In this document: one piece after another, positions 24,951 to 37,451 of the stretch
How positions within the stretch are numbered: the stretch's first letter is position 1
Layout: every line of letters starts with the position of its first letter
NCBI RefSeq assembly: GCF_021869535.1
Contig: NW_026262712.1
Location: 104,160,001 to 104,224,000, forward strand
DNA length: 64,000 bases
Reading direction: 5' to 3'
DNA from: Mytilus californianus
Lineage: Eukaryota
Position numbers and translations under genes: made by a program
The notes under the pieces: model-generated
Told to the model about the DNA's origin: nothing
Seen by the model: only the letters and a program-made list of their open reading frames with translations
Database searches by the model: none

Positions 24951-25319
24951 TATGTATACAAGTCACATTACCTGAAGATCTGTGAAAGCAGTGAAAGCGC
25001 TAGTAAAAGTGATGAATTGAAACCGTCATTATCTTATATTAATTTTCTTATATGTTACCAGCATACGGATTCTATTTGACTTTTTTCTATGTATATATAT
25101 ATACATATGTGTGTGTGTGCGTGTCGAATCGGTTTGTCTACATTCAGTTGATTAGGAAATCAGACATTGTTTTGTTACATTTTTTTCGTTTGGGCTTGTA
25201 TTATATTTGCCTTCGGGCTTATATAATCCGTTCATCCTATTTCGACTCTTCAAAATTCAAGAGTCAATCCTAAATTGAGGTAAATTATATGGCCTTCCAA
25301 ATACCTTTTCGATTCCTAA

Positions 25320-25361
25320 CATCACTGAAGAAACATTAATTGTCGAAATCCGGATATGGTG
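25320..25361 (+). ncRNA. near-intact minimal type I hammerhead ribozyme
   Basis: Stem I CATCA/TGGTG; core CTGAAGA; stem II AACA-TTAAT-TGTC (one A-C mismatch); GAAA; stem III T-CCGG-A; cleavage triplet ATA. Confidence 0.8.
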
Positions 25362-26189
25362 TACAAATTTTTGCACCTCATGTTTGCGGTATACCATCTT
25401 TTCCGCAAGTTTATTGTTTTCTGTTTGGTATTAAATTAATACTTAAGATCCATTTTGTTACATCTGGTGATCCGATTATTTGGCAATCGCCATGGCAGTC
25501 AGCAGGGTTTAGGAAAATTCGTTGTTCGACCTGCTAGTCAAATGCGTTTTGTTAAAATACACGTTTTCACTTTTTTGGTCTTTTGAAGAATGTTGTTTGT
25601 GGTGTATTTATACCCCTCTACCAAGAAATTTGTTTTGCATGCACACGTATAAAAATTGCGGTTTTTATCCAACGCAATCATAGGTTTGAACGTTGTTTTC
25701 AATTTAGACTTGTATATATATATATATGACTTTCCATCCCATATATCAAATTAAGGGTGAAGCACCCCAACCGTTTACTCTATCACATATATATGTCAAA
25801 GTTATTCTGATATAGTTACTTTTATACTTAAACATATTTAATAAAAAAACAAAAACAGTGATTTAAAGTAAAGCATTAAACAGAGGACTTATTACAGATT
25901 AAATGCACTATGCAACTGATACACTATTTTCAGTTTCTGGTCAATTTCCCGGCCCGATGCTTATTATATAAAGTCTCTAAATCGTATCAATGACCAAGGC
26001 AATTCAAGGACACATACAACTATTGGCAGGAATCATTTATCGTTATATACTATCACTCTAAAATATATAAAGCATGGGTTACGTGGAAGGTTTGTACGCA
26101 TGTAAAACTGGTTTAATTCACCATATTATGTGCCTTTACCAAGTCAGCGTATCTGGACCGTACGTTTTTCGTTGTTGTTTGTCTTCTTT

Positions 26190-29100
26190 AAGTTGAGTGT
26201 TAATGGTGGGTGTTGTTTGTTGTATTGTCCACTAGTCTGTTGGAGAAGTCGGGTGCTGATGGTGGGTGCGATCTGTTAAACTGTCCACTAGTTTGATGGA
26301 GAAATCAGGTTTTAGTGATGGGTGTTATTTGTTGAACGGTCCACTAGTTTGATGGAGAAGTCGGGTGCTGATGGTGGGTGCGATCTGTTAAACTGTCCAC
26401 TAGTTTGATGGAGAAGTCAGGTTTTAGTGATGGGTGTTATTTGTTGAACGGTCCACTAGTTTGATGGAGAAGTCGGGTGCTGATCGTGGGTGCGATTGTT
26501 AAACTGTCCACTAGTTTGATGGAGAAGTCAGGTTTTAGTGATGGGTGTTGTTTGTTGTACGGTCCACTAGTTTGATGGAGAAGTTGGGTGCTGATGGTGG
26601 GTGCGATCTGTTAAACTGTCCACTAGTTTGATGGAGAAGTCAGGTTTTAGTGATGGGTGTTTTTTTTGTTGTACGGTCCACTAGTTTGATGGAGAAGTTG
26701 GGTGCCGATGGTAGGTGCGATCTGTTAAACTGTCCACTTGTCTGTTGGAGAAGTCGGGTGCTGATGGTGGGTGCGATCTATTGTTTGATGGAGAAGTTAG
26801 GTGGTAATGGTGGGTGTTGTTTGTTGTACTGTCAACTAGTTTGATGGAGAAGTCGGGTGCTGATGGTGGGTGCGAGCTGTTAAACTGTCCACTAGTTTTA
26901 TGGAGAAGCTTTTAAGTCAGGTGTTAATGGTGGGTGTTGTTTGTTGTACTGTCCACTAGTCTGTTGGAGACGTCGGGTGCTGATGGTGGGTGCGATCTGT
27001 TAAACAGTCCACTTGTCTGTTGGAGAAGTCGGGTGCTGATGGTGGGTGCGATCTGTTAAACTGTCCACTAGTTTGATGGAGAAGTCGGGTGCTGATGGTG
27101 GGTGCGATCTTTTAAACTGTCAACTAGTCTGTTGGAGAAGTCGTGTGCTGATGGTGGGTGTTGTTTGTTGTACTGTCTACTAGTTTGATGGAGAAGTCGT
27201 GTGCTGATGGTGGGTGCGATCTATTAAACTGTCAACTAGTCTGTTTGAGAAATCGGCTGTTAGTGGTGGGTGTTGTTTGTTGTACTGTCTACTAGTTTGA
27301 TGGAAAAGTCGGGTGCTGATGGTGGTTGCAATCTATTAAACTGTCCACTAGTTTGATGGAGAAGTCGGGTGCTGATGGTGAGTGCGATCTGTTAAACTGT
27401 CCACTAGTTTGATGGGGAAGTCGGGTGCTGATGGTGGGTGCGATCTGTTAAACTGTCCACTGGTCTGTTGGAGAAATCGGGTGCTGATGGCGGGTGCGAT
27501 CTGTTAAACTGTCCACTAGTTTGATAGAGAAGTCGGGTGCTGATGGTGGGTGCGAGCTGTTAAACTGTCCACTAGTTTGATGGAGAAGTCGGGTGTTAAT
27601 GGTGGGTTCGATCTGTTAATCTGTCCACTAGTTTGATGGAAAAGTCGGGTGCTGATGGTGGGTGCGATCTGTTAAATTGTTTACTAGTTTGATGGAGAAG
27701 TCAGGTGTTAATGGTGGGTGCGATCTGTTAAACTGTCCACTAGTCTGTTGGAGTCGGGTTCTGATGGTGGGTGCGATCTGTTAAACTGTTTTCTAGTTTG
27801 ATGGAGAAATCGGGTGCTGATGGTGGGTGCGATCTATTAAACTGTCTACTAGTTTGATGGAGAAGTCGGGTGCTGATGGTGGGTGCGATCTGTTAAACTG
27901 TTCACTAGTTTGATGGAGAAGTCAGGTGTTAATGGTGGGTGCGATCTGTTAAACTGTCCACTAGTCTGTTGGAGTCGGGTGCTGATGGTGGGTGCGATCT
28001 GTTAAACTGTCCACTAGTTTGATGGAGAAGTCGGGTGTTAATGGTGGGTTCGATCTGTTAATCTGTCCACTAGTTTGATGGAAAAGTCGGGTGCTGATGG
28101 TGGGTGCGATCTGTTAAATTGTTTACTAGTTTGATGGAGAAGTCAGGTGTTAATGGTGGGTGCGATCTGTTAAACTGTCCACTAGTCTGTTGGAGTCGGG
28201 TTCTGATGGTGGGTGCGATCTGTTAAACTGTTTTCTAGTTTGATGGAGAAATCGGGTGCTGATGGTGGGTGCGATCTATTAAACTGTCTACTAGTTTGAT
28301 GGAGAAGTCGGGTGCTGATGGTGGGTGCGATCTGTTAAACTGTTCACTAGTTTGATGGAGAAGTCAGGTGTTAATGGTGGGTGCGATCTGTTAAACTGTC
28401 CACTAGTCTGTTGGAGTCGGGTTCTGATGGTGGGTGCGATCTGTTAAACTGTTTACTAGTTTGATGGAGAAGTCGGGTGCTGATGGTGGGTGCGATCTAT
28501 TAAATTGTCCACTAGTTTGATGGAGAAGTCGGGTGCTGATGGTGGGTGCGATCTGTTAAACTGTTCACTAGTTTGATGAAGAAGTCGGGTGTTGATGGTG
28601 GGTGCCATCTATTAAACTGTCCACTAGTTTGATGGAGAAGTCGGGTGCTGATGGTGGATGCGATCTGTTAAACTGTTCAATAGTTTGATGGAGAAGTCGG
28701 GTGCTGATGGTGGGTGCGATCTATTGTTTGATGGAGGAGTCAGGTGCTGATGGTGGGTGTTGTTTGTTGTACTGTCCACTAGTTTGATGGAGAAGTCGGG
28801 TGCTGATGGTGGGTGCGAGCTGTTAAACTGTCCACTAGTTTTATGGAGAAGCTTTTAAGTCAGGTGTTAATGGTGGGTGTTGCTTGTTGTACTGTCCATT
28901 AGTCTGTTGGAGACGTCGGGTGCTGATGGTGGGTGCGATCTGTTAAACAGTCCACTTGTCTGTTGGAGAAGTCGGGTGCTGATGGTGGGTGCGATCTGTT
29001 AAACTGTCCACTAGTTTGATGGAGAAGTCGGGTGCTGATGGTGGGTGCGATCTGTTAAACTGTCCACTAGTTTGATGGAGAAGTCAGGTAATAATGGTGG

Positions 29101-32100
29101 GTGCGATCTGTTAAACTGTCAACTAGTCTGTTGGAGAAGTCGTGTGCTGATGGTGGGTGTTGTTTGTTGTACTGTCTACTAGTTTGATGGAGAAGTCCGG
29201 TGCTGATGGTGGGTGCGATCTGTTAAACTGTCAACTAGTCTGTTTGAGAAATCGGGTGTTAGTGGTGGGTGTTGTTTGTTGTACTGTCTACTAGTTTGAT
29301 GGAAAAGTCGGGTGCTGATGGTGGTTGCAATCTATTAAACTGTCCACTAGTTTGATGGAGAAGTTGGGTGCTGATGGTGGGTGCGATCTGTTAAACTGTC
29401 CACTAGCTATATAGTCTGATGGGGAAGTCGGGTGCTGATGGTGGGTGCGATCTGTTAAACTGTCCACTGGTCTGTTGGAGAAGTCGGGTGCTGATGGTGG
29501 GTGCGATCTGTAAAACTGTCCACTAGTTTGATAGAGAAGTCGGGTGCTGATGGTGGGTGCGATCTGTTAAACTGTCTACTAGTTTGATGGAGAAGTCGGG
29601 TGCTGATGATGGGTGCGATCTGTTAAACTGTCCACTAGTTTGATGGAGAAGTCAGGTGTTAATGGTGGGTGCGATCTGTTAAACTGTCCACTAGTTTGAT
29701 GGAGAAGTCGGGTGCCGATGGTAGGTGCGATCTGTTAAACTGTCCACTAGTTTGACGGAGAAGTCAGGTGCTGATGGTGGGTGTTGTTTGTTGTACTGTC
29801 CACTAGTTTGATGTAGAAGTCGGGTGCTGATGGTGGGTGCGAGCTGTTAAACTGTCCACTAGTTTGATGTAGAAGTCGGGTGCTGATGGTGGGTGCGAGA
29901 TGTTAAACTGTCCACTAGTTTTATGGAGAAGCTTTTAAGTCAGGTGTTAATGGTGGGTGTTGTTTGTTGTACTGTCCACTTGTCTGTTGGAGACGTCGGG
30001 TGCTGATGGTGGGTGCGATCTGTTAAACAGTCCACTTGTCTGTTGGAGAAGTCGGGTGCTGATGATGGGTGCGATCTGTTAAACTGTCCACTAGTTTGAT
30101 GGAGAAGTCGGGTGCTGATGGTGGGTGCGATCTTTTAAACTGTCCACTAGTTTGATGGAGAAGTCGGGTGCAAATGGTGGGTGCGATCTGTTAAACTGTC
30201 AACTAGTCTGTTGGAGAAGTCGTGTGCTGATGGTGGGTGTTGTTTGTTGTACTGTCTACTAGTTTGAGGGAGAAGTCGGGTGCTGATGGTGGGTGCGATC
30301 TGTTAAACTGTCAACTAGTCTGTTTGAGAAATCGGGTGTTAGTGGTGGGTGTTGTTTGTTGTACTGTCCACTAGTTTGATGGAGAAGTCGGGTGCTGATG
30401 GTGGGTGCGATCTGTTAAACTGTCCACTAGTTTGATGGGGAAGTCGGGTGCTGATGGTGGGTGCGATCTGTTAAACTGTCCACTAGTTTGATGGAGAAGT
30501 CGGGTGCTGATGGTGGGTGCGATCTGTTAAACTGTCTACTAGTTTGATGGAGAAGTCAGGTGCTGATGGTGGGTGCGATCTGTTAAACTGTCCACTAGTT
30601 TGATGGAGAAGTCGGGTGTTAATGGTGGGTTCGATCTTTTAATGTGTCCACTAGTTTGATGGAAAAGTCGGGTGCTGATGGTGGGTGCGATCTGTTAAAC
30701 TGTTCACTAGTTTGATGGAGAAGTCAGGTGTTAATGGTGGGTGCGATCTGTTAAACTGTCCACTAGTCTGTTGGAGTCGGGTTCTGATGGTGGGTGCGAT
30801 CTGTTACAATGTTTACTAGTTTGATGGAGAAGTCGGGTGCTGATGGTGGGTGCGATCTATTAAACTGTCCACTAGTTTGATGGAGAAGTCGGGTGCTGAT
30901 GGTGGGTGCGAATTGTTAAACTGTTCACTAGTTTGATGGAGAAGTCGGGTGTTGATGGTGGGTGCGATCTATTAAACTGTCCACTAGTTTGATGAAGAAG
31001 TCGGGTGCTGATGGTGGATGCGATCTGTTAAACTGTTCAATAGTTTGATGGAGAAGTCGGGTGCTGATGGTGGGTGCGATCTATTGTTTGATGGAGAAGT
31101 CAGGTGCTGATGGTGGGTTGTTGTACTGTCCACTAGTTTGATGGAGAAGTCGGGTGCTGATGGTGGGTGCGATCTGTTAAACTGTCCACTAGTTTGATGG
31201 AGAAGCTTTTAAGTCAGGTGTTAATGGTGGGTGTTGTTTGTTGTACCGTCCACTAGTCTGTTGGAGACGTCGGGTGCTGATGATGGGTGCGATCTGTTAA
31301 ACAGTCCACTTGTCTGTTGGAGAAGTCGGGTGCTGATGGTGGGTGCGATCTGTTAAACTGTCCACTAGTTTGATGGAGAAGTCGGGTGCCGATGGTAGGT
31401 GCGATCTGTTAAACTGTCCACTAGTTTGACGGAGAAGTCAGGTGCTGATGGTGGGTGTTGTTTGTTGTACTGTCCACTAGTTTGATGTAGAAGTCGGGTG
31501 CTGATGGTGGGTGCGAGCTGTTAAACTGTCCACTAGTTTGATGTAGAAGTCGGGTGCTGATGGTGGGTGCGAGATGTTAAACTGTCCACTAGTTTTATGG
31601 AGAAGCTTTTAAGTCAGGTGTTAATGGTGGGTGTTGTTTGTTGTACTGTCCACTTGTCTGTTGGAGACGTCGGGTGCTGATGGTGGGTGCGATCTGTTAA
31701 ACAGTCCACTTGTCTGTTGGAGAAGTCGGGTGCTGATGGTGGGTGCGAATTGTTAAACTGTTCACTAGTTTGATGGAGAAGTCGGGTGTTGATGGTGGGT
31801 GCGATCTATTAAACTGTCCACTAGTTTGATGAAGAAGTCGGGTGCTGATGGTGGATGCGATCTGTTAAACTGTTCAATAGTTTGATGGAGAAGTCGGGTG
31901 CTGATGGTGGGTGCGATCTATTGTTTGATGGAGAAGTCAGGTGCTGATGGTGGGTTGTTGTACTGTCCACTAGTTTGATGGAGAAGTCGGGTGCTGATGG
32001 TGGGTGCGATCTGTTAAACTGTCCACTAGTTTGATGGAGAAGCTTTTAAGTCAGGTGTTAATGGTGGGTGTTGTTTGTTGTACCGTCCACTAGTCTGTTG

Positions 32101-32830
32101 GAGACGTCGGGTGCTGATGGTGGGTGCGATCTGTTAAACAGTCCACTTGTCTGTTGGAGAAGTCGGGTGCTGATGGTGGGTGCGATCTGTTAAACTGTCC
32201 ACTAGTTTGATGGAGAAGTCGGGTGCTGATGGTGGGTGCGATCTGTTAAACTGTCCACTAGTTTGATGGAGAAGTCGGGTGCTGATGGTGGGTGCGATCT
32301 GTTAAACTGTCCACTAGTCTGTTGGAGAAGTCGGGTACTGATGGTGGGTGCGATCTGTTAAACTGTCCACTAGTTTGATAGAGAAGTCGGGTGCTGATGG
32401 TGGGTGCGATCTGTTAAACTGTCTACTAGTTTGATGGAGAAGTCGGGTGCTGATGGTGGGTGCGATCTGTTAAACTGTCCACTAGTTTGATGGAGAAGTC
32501 AGGTGTTAATGGTGGGTGTTGTTTGTTGTACTGTCCACTAGTGTGATGGAGTAGTCGGGTGCTGATGGTGGGTGCGATCTGTTAAACTGTCTACTAGTTT
32601 GATGGAGAATCCGGGTGTTGTGGTCAATGTGATCTGTTGTACTGTCTTCTATACTTCGGAGAAGTCGGGTATTGATGGTGAATGGGATCATTTGTACTGT
32701 CCACAATTGTTTTTTTGGAGAAGTCGGTTGTTGATGGTTGATGTGGTCATTTTTACTGTACACTTATGTTTTTTTTGGAGAGAAGTCGGGGTTTTTATGG
32801 TTGATATGGTCTGTTGTTCTGTCCAGTATT
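26190..32830. repeat. 56-bp satellite array, ~6.6 kb, roughly 118 monomers
   Basis: Consensus GGAGAAGTCGGGTGCTGATGGTGGGTGCGATCTGTTAAACTGTCCACTAGTTTGAT, with an ACTAGT site per unit and degenerate edges. The unit is not a multiple of 3 and stops recur, so it is non-coding. Confidence 0.98.
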
Positions 32831-34916
32831 GTTGGCGATTCCTGTTACCTATAACCTTTCTGTGTGTTATGACGATTATATTTTATTTCTAACACCAATG
32901 ATGTAATTATGTAAACAAGAAAGAAAACATGAAGCTAAATCACGTAACTCTGATAACATCAAGTTTGTTTTGTTGATCTAATGTGCTTTTAATGCACACT
33001 TCTTTGCAAAGCATATGTACCAATGCAATGTTCAGACATTAAGATGTCAAACTAAATCAATCAAACTATTGTAATAGTCGACCTTGTTGCGTTCTTTTTA
33101 CAAATTTGATTATACAAAAAAAAAAATTGATGAAAATCTGTTCCTGTCAGTCAAACAGTTAAAACTGATTCGGTAGAGAGCTCTAGGTGCAATTATTTAG
33201 CATTAAGATATTTAAGCTTGAAATTCCATGATATCGAATGGAGCTGTAAAATATATCATGGGCTAAAAAAAAGTATGCATTATTGAGCATTTTACTTCCC
33301 TGTCATTATGGCAGTTTGGTTTTTGAGTAGAATACCTTAAATTTGAAACATATCGTATTGCCAGATAATGGAAAAAATTGTACATATTTGCTTTGAGAAT
33401 CATTACTTTCTTTTCATACTTTCATTTCCTAAACCCGTAGAAAAAAAAGACACAACAAAGATACTAGTAAAGCAAATGTATGGTTCTTAATGTAACACCT
33501 TTTTGTTTTGTTTTATCTAAAAGTGAAAATGAGGCACTGAATCTAAATGATAATTTGAAATTTAAACACACGATATATTTGTTTATGGCAATCTCAATCA
33601 TATCTACAAGATCTTCAAATAAAAAAAATGCATTCCTCTCTAAAAGAAACTTTCAAAATTTCCCAAAAAGATGTAGATATACTTTGTTATTCAAATTTTC
33701 GACAGTATGTAGATATTCAAACTTCTTTTCCAGTCTGGTTAATCAAGCAACTCTCAACATATTAATCCACTGGTCAATATACGATTGTGACAATTTAGAA
33801 GTATAAATGTGACCATGACAAAACAAGAAAATAAATAAAACCTATGCTTTTGACAAGGAATTTCCATCCAATCTGATTAAAATATATATCCTGTGTCCAC
33901 GCTTTGCTTACAAAGATTTTACAACGCTCTTTCGTTCTTTCAGTTTAAAGATGTTCTGGATCCCCTGGTTTTGTCGTAATGATACACACTTCAAAACTGT
34001 AAAGGCTGGACTTTCATTGGCTGGTGTGATAATTACCAAAAACAAAAAGTAGAGTGGAGTGATGTCAGATCTTTTGTAAGCAAAGCATGGACACATGTTC
34101 TGTATTGCAATCAGATTAAATTTCCATCAAAACTAGAAATGATACATCTATCAGGTGCTGCGGAAGGAATTGCATATCCTGCTTCTCGTGCAACATCCGT
34201 CATACTGCTTCCAAAGCCAATAATCTCTCAAATTCTGTGAGGGTAAGAATCAATAAAAGGAAATTAGAAAATCAAATACAGGTTTACAATTTGTTAATGG
34301 TAGAATGAGTTTCAACAATAATAAGAAAGGTCTTCCATATGAATGAACCAAATCCAGTATATGTTTAGTGTCGAAAGATCAATTTTTTACCACTTACGAC
34401 TTTTGTATACAGTTTTTACCCATTACAGTTTCTACATTTTCTTCTCGTTTTCTTTTTTTTTTATTAAGAAGCTTGAATGATTTACATATGTTTTATTATT
34501 TGTAATTTGCTTAGTAGTTACAAAAAAATCAATGTGGCCGTCAAGGTAAATTGAATTACTTGAAACCTTGATTGCAGCGTGTTCTCATTGACTCTAGATA
34601 TATGTTATTATGTGAATTAATGAAGAGATAAAACGATGCTACAAGAAGGAAGCGGATGTTTCAAAGGAATAAAATAAACATATAATCTGTCGCAGTTTCA
34701 TTCTTTAGACAATGCATTATCACAGATATAGAGATGTTTGATTATACCATTGTATACATTGGAGCAACGATGAATGCTACGTGTAAGAGGTGGAAGTCGA
34801 TAGCATTTATGCATTATGTAAATTGTGTATTGTAATAAATAAAAATATCGATTTTACTAGGCAATTTAAGAAAGTATGTTTTAATATAAAAAAAAACTAA
34901 CCCTTTATAATGTTAT

Positions 34917-34958
34917 GCGTCCGAAGCGCTTTTCCGGAATTACCTTCATTAGAAACGC
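34917..34958 (-). ncRNA. hammerhead ribozyme motif with a core G-to-A change (CUAAUGA)
   Basis: Reverse strand GCGTTT-CTAATGA-AGGTAATTCCG-GAAA-A-GCGC-T-TC-GGACGC. Stems I and III pair. A more decayed sister copy lies at ~59205-59250. Confidence 0.7.
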
Positions 34959-35069
34959 TAGAAGCAAAAAAGAAATGACAGCGAAGGAAGTAAGTACCAA
35001 AACACGTGACTATATGACAAAAATTAACCTAAAAATAAAAGTAAAATCAATCTAAGGTCATCATTCACA

Positions 35070-35395
35070 GATGACGACGGATATGTTCCAATTGTTGAAA
35101 ACAGAATCCCGTCCGTTTCCCCCGAACGTGACATACCGAATTAAACTTATCCCTGAGTTTGTACTTGCATGAGCAACACGACGGGTGCCACATGTAGAGC
35201 AATATCTGCACCTGAGATCACCCCCGGTTTTTAGTGGGATTCGTGTTGTTTAGTCTTAGATTTTCCATCTTAATGTTTAAATTGTATACTGGTTTTTGTC
35301 TTTTGACGGTTTTTCGTTTTTTTGCCATTGCGTTGTCAGTTTGTTTTCTTCTTATGAGTTTGAATGTCCCTTTGGTATCTTTCGATTCTCTTTTG
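35070..35395 (+). repeat. tail family C copy
   Basis: Contains CGACGGGTGCCACATGT..CACCTGAGATCACCCCC and the TTATGAGTTTGAATGTCCCTTTGGTATCTTTCG end. Confidence 0.85.
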
Positions 35396-35817
35396 CTGAG
35401 AGAGTCGAAATCTTAGTTTCTTAACAATTTCTTAATTCATAATAGGACAAGGAAAGGTATTTTTAATAGTATAAATCTTATCTTCGTATTTTGAAAAGAT
35501 ATATAATTATTATACTGTTTTTGAAGGGTATTAGCAAGAAAAAAAATACCAGTCGACAGACATAGAATTAAATAGGTGAAGGAAATTCGATCTCAAGACT
35601 TGTATTTTTCACAAATTCCCTTCTATGCATCATACATCTATCTATCTATTTTCATATTTTTGCACTCCGTTACAGCTTTTACTAGATAACGTTCCGTTGC
35701 AAGCGTTACATGTACATGTACAATTTAAAATATATGACTAAGTAAAAAGTAAGCAACGTTAGTGGAGCAGCATATACATGTATAACAGTGATATATTTTT
35801 TTAAATTTTGGTAAATA

Positions 35818-36257
35818 TAGATTCTATCACTGCATCAAGTGTGATATGATATTTATCCACTCGAGACAGTTAAATTTTCAAATTTAAAACGCAAGGTTCG
35901 CCGAGCGTTTTAAATATTTAAAATTTAACTGTCGAGAATGGACAAATATCGAATAGCACGAGATTTGGTGGTGGAATCTGTTTCTCTAATGATTTTAAGA
36001 CGATATGCAGATAATCATAATCCTTCTTTTCGAATGATCTGCAAAAAAGATGTGTTCTTTCTGTGTTACTTCATCAGGCATGGTCGCCTTTTTCCATAAC
36101 GTCACAATGGGAATTTCAGAGGAAAGCAAGAAAATTAGACGTCATAATCGAATTTTGACCAATGGCAAACTGCTTGAGATCAAACGAACCACACGTTAAT
36201 TAAATAAAAATAATCAACAGGTCAGGAAAAGTATAAATCGAATAAGAATTAGAGAAA
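35818..36257 (+). mobile_element. second copy (440 bp) of the hairpin-bearing TA-flanked element
   Basis: Full-length reverse-complement homolog of 24515-24950, with the same termini (TAGATTC..AGAGAAA) and TA flanks. Confidence 0.87.
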
Positions 36258-36442
36258 TATATATACATACTATGCTGCTACAGAATATTTGTGACAGAAC
36301 ATATATTTTAAAGCTGATTATGCGGTATGGGTTTTGCTCTTTTGGCAATCATACGACAACTTCATGTTTTTATACAAATGTAAATCTGTCCTTTAAATCT
36401 GTTGACTGGTGTACACAGGGCTGTTAATGATGGAAGCAATAT

Positions 36443-36905
36443 AAAAATAAGAAGATGAGGTATGATTGCCAATGAGACAACTATCCACCAAAGTTCAAAT
36501 AAAGTGGATGTAAGCAATTATAGGCAACCGTACGGCCTTCAACAATGAAAAAAAACCCATACCGTATAGTCGGCTATAAAAGGCCCCGACATGAAAAATA
36601 TGAAACAATTCAATTGAGAAAACTAACGGCCTAATTTATAACAAAACAATTAACGAAACAAATATGACAGACATGAAGCAACGACAACCACTGAACTACA
36701 GGCTCCTGACTTGGGACAGGCACATGAAGAATGTGGCAGGATGAACATGTTTGTGAACGCTCAACCCTCCTCCTAAAATGGGACAGTGGTGTAACAGCAC
36801 AACATAAGAACACACTATAAAAATCAATTGAAAAAGGCTTAACTCATCAGATCGATACAAAGCAGAAAAACACCAAACATAAACTGACTGGACGTGGCAA
36901 GGTAT
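36443..36905 (-). mobile_element. PLE 3' UTR fragment, tail family B1
   Basis: Reverse complement of 48190-48535 plus an extra central module. Other B1 pieces: 40710-40810 (+), 43305-43395 (-), 44800-44970 (-), 53335-53430 and 58020-58290 (-). Confidence 0.85.
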
Positions 36906-37033
36906 TTATCAGTTCAACTGCAATATGGTACGTGCATAAAATGTAAATTTATACAAGCCTTTATTGGTTTGAATTTGGTTATAGGGATATCAGGTATGCT
37001 CATGTTTTGTTTTGTATTTGTCTGAAGTTGAAG

Positions 37034-37200
37034 TTAATGTATAATTTTATGAAATACTACTCGTCTAGTTTTTGTGCTTCTTAGTTGTATTATAGGCCAC
37101 TGTAGATGTTCAAACATATCTGACACAGAGCTAAAATTGTGGTATCTATTACATGAATAGCATTTGACCCAGTAAGTATGCATGAAGCCATGGCCAGTAA
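37034..37200 (-). pseudogene. LINE (CR1/L2 group) ORF2 post-RT fragment
   Basis: CNRYHNFSSVSDMFEHLQWPIIQLRSTKTRRVVFHKIIH resembles the RFV..Y...SSVT.ML..L.W..L..RR...RL..FYKI.. motif. Confidence 0.75.
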
Positions 37201-37451
37201 GTTTGGCGTCGAATCGAATCGTAAATTTAACCCCCAAAAAATCTAAGGTTATGCCAATTGGTAAGCTTGTAGATAAAAATAATAAATAGCGTCAAGTTAA
37301 TAAGCTTGTTGACTACAGTATGCATACAAAAATATCTAAGTGTTTTCTCATTCAACTTTGCGCCCGATAGGCAGCTTATTTGTAAAACTTGTTGAATTCT
37401 AAGTACAATGGCATGTATACACATCTTAAATTCTTAACATGAACAACCCGT

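Larger units (their letters stand above)
23893..25182. repeat. long inverted repeat (foldback): ~285-bp arms, 245-bp spacer
   Basis: 24084-24176 is the exact reverse complement of 24422-24514. 23893-24083 matches 24953-25182, apart from the microsatellite and a ~30-bp extra segment. Confidence 0.93.

Noticed and set aside
26190-32830. Satellite as a CRISPR array or repetitive protein gene
   Set aside because: No unique spacers and no cas genes, in a eukaryotic context. The 56-bp unit forces stops on both strands, and ORFs appear only at the decayed edges.
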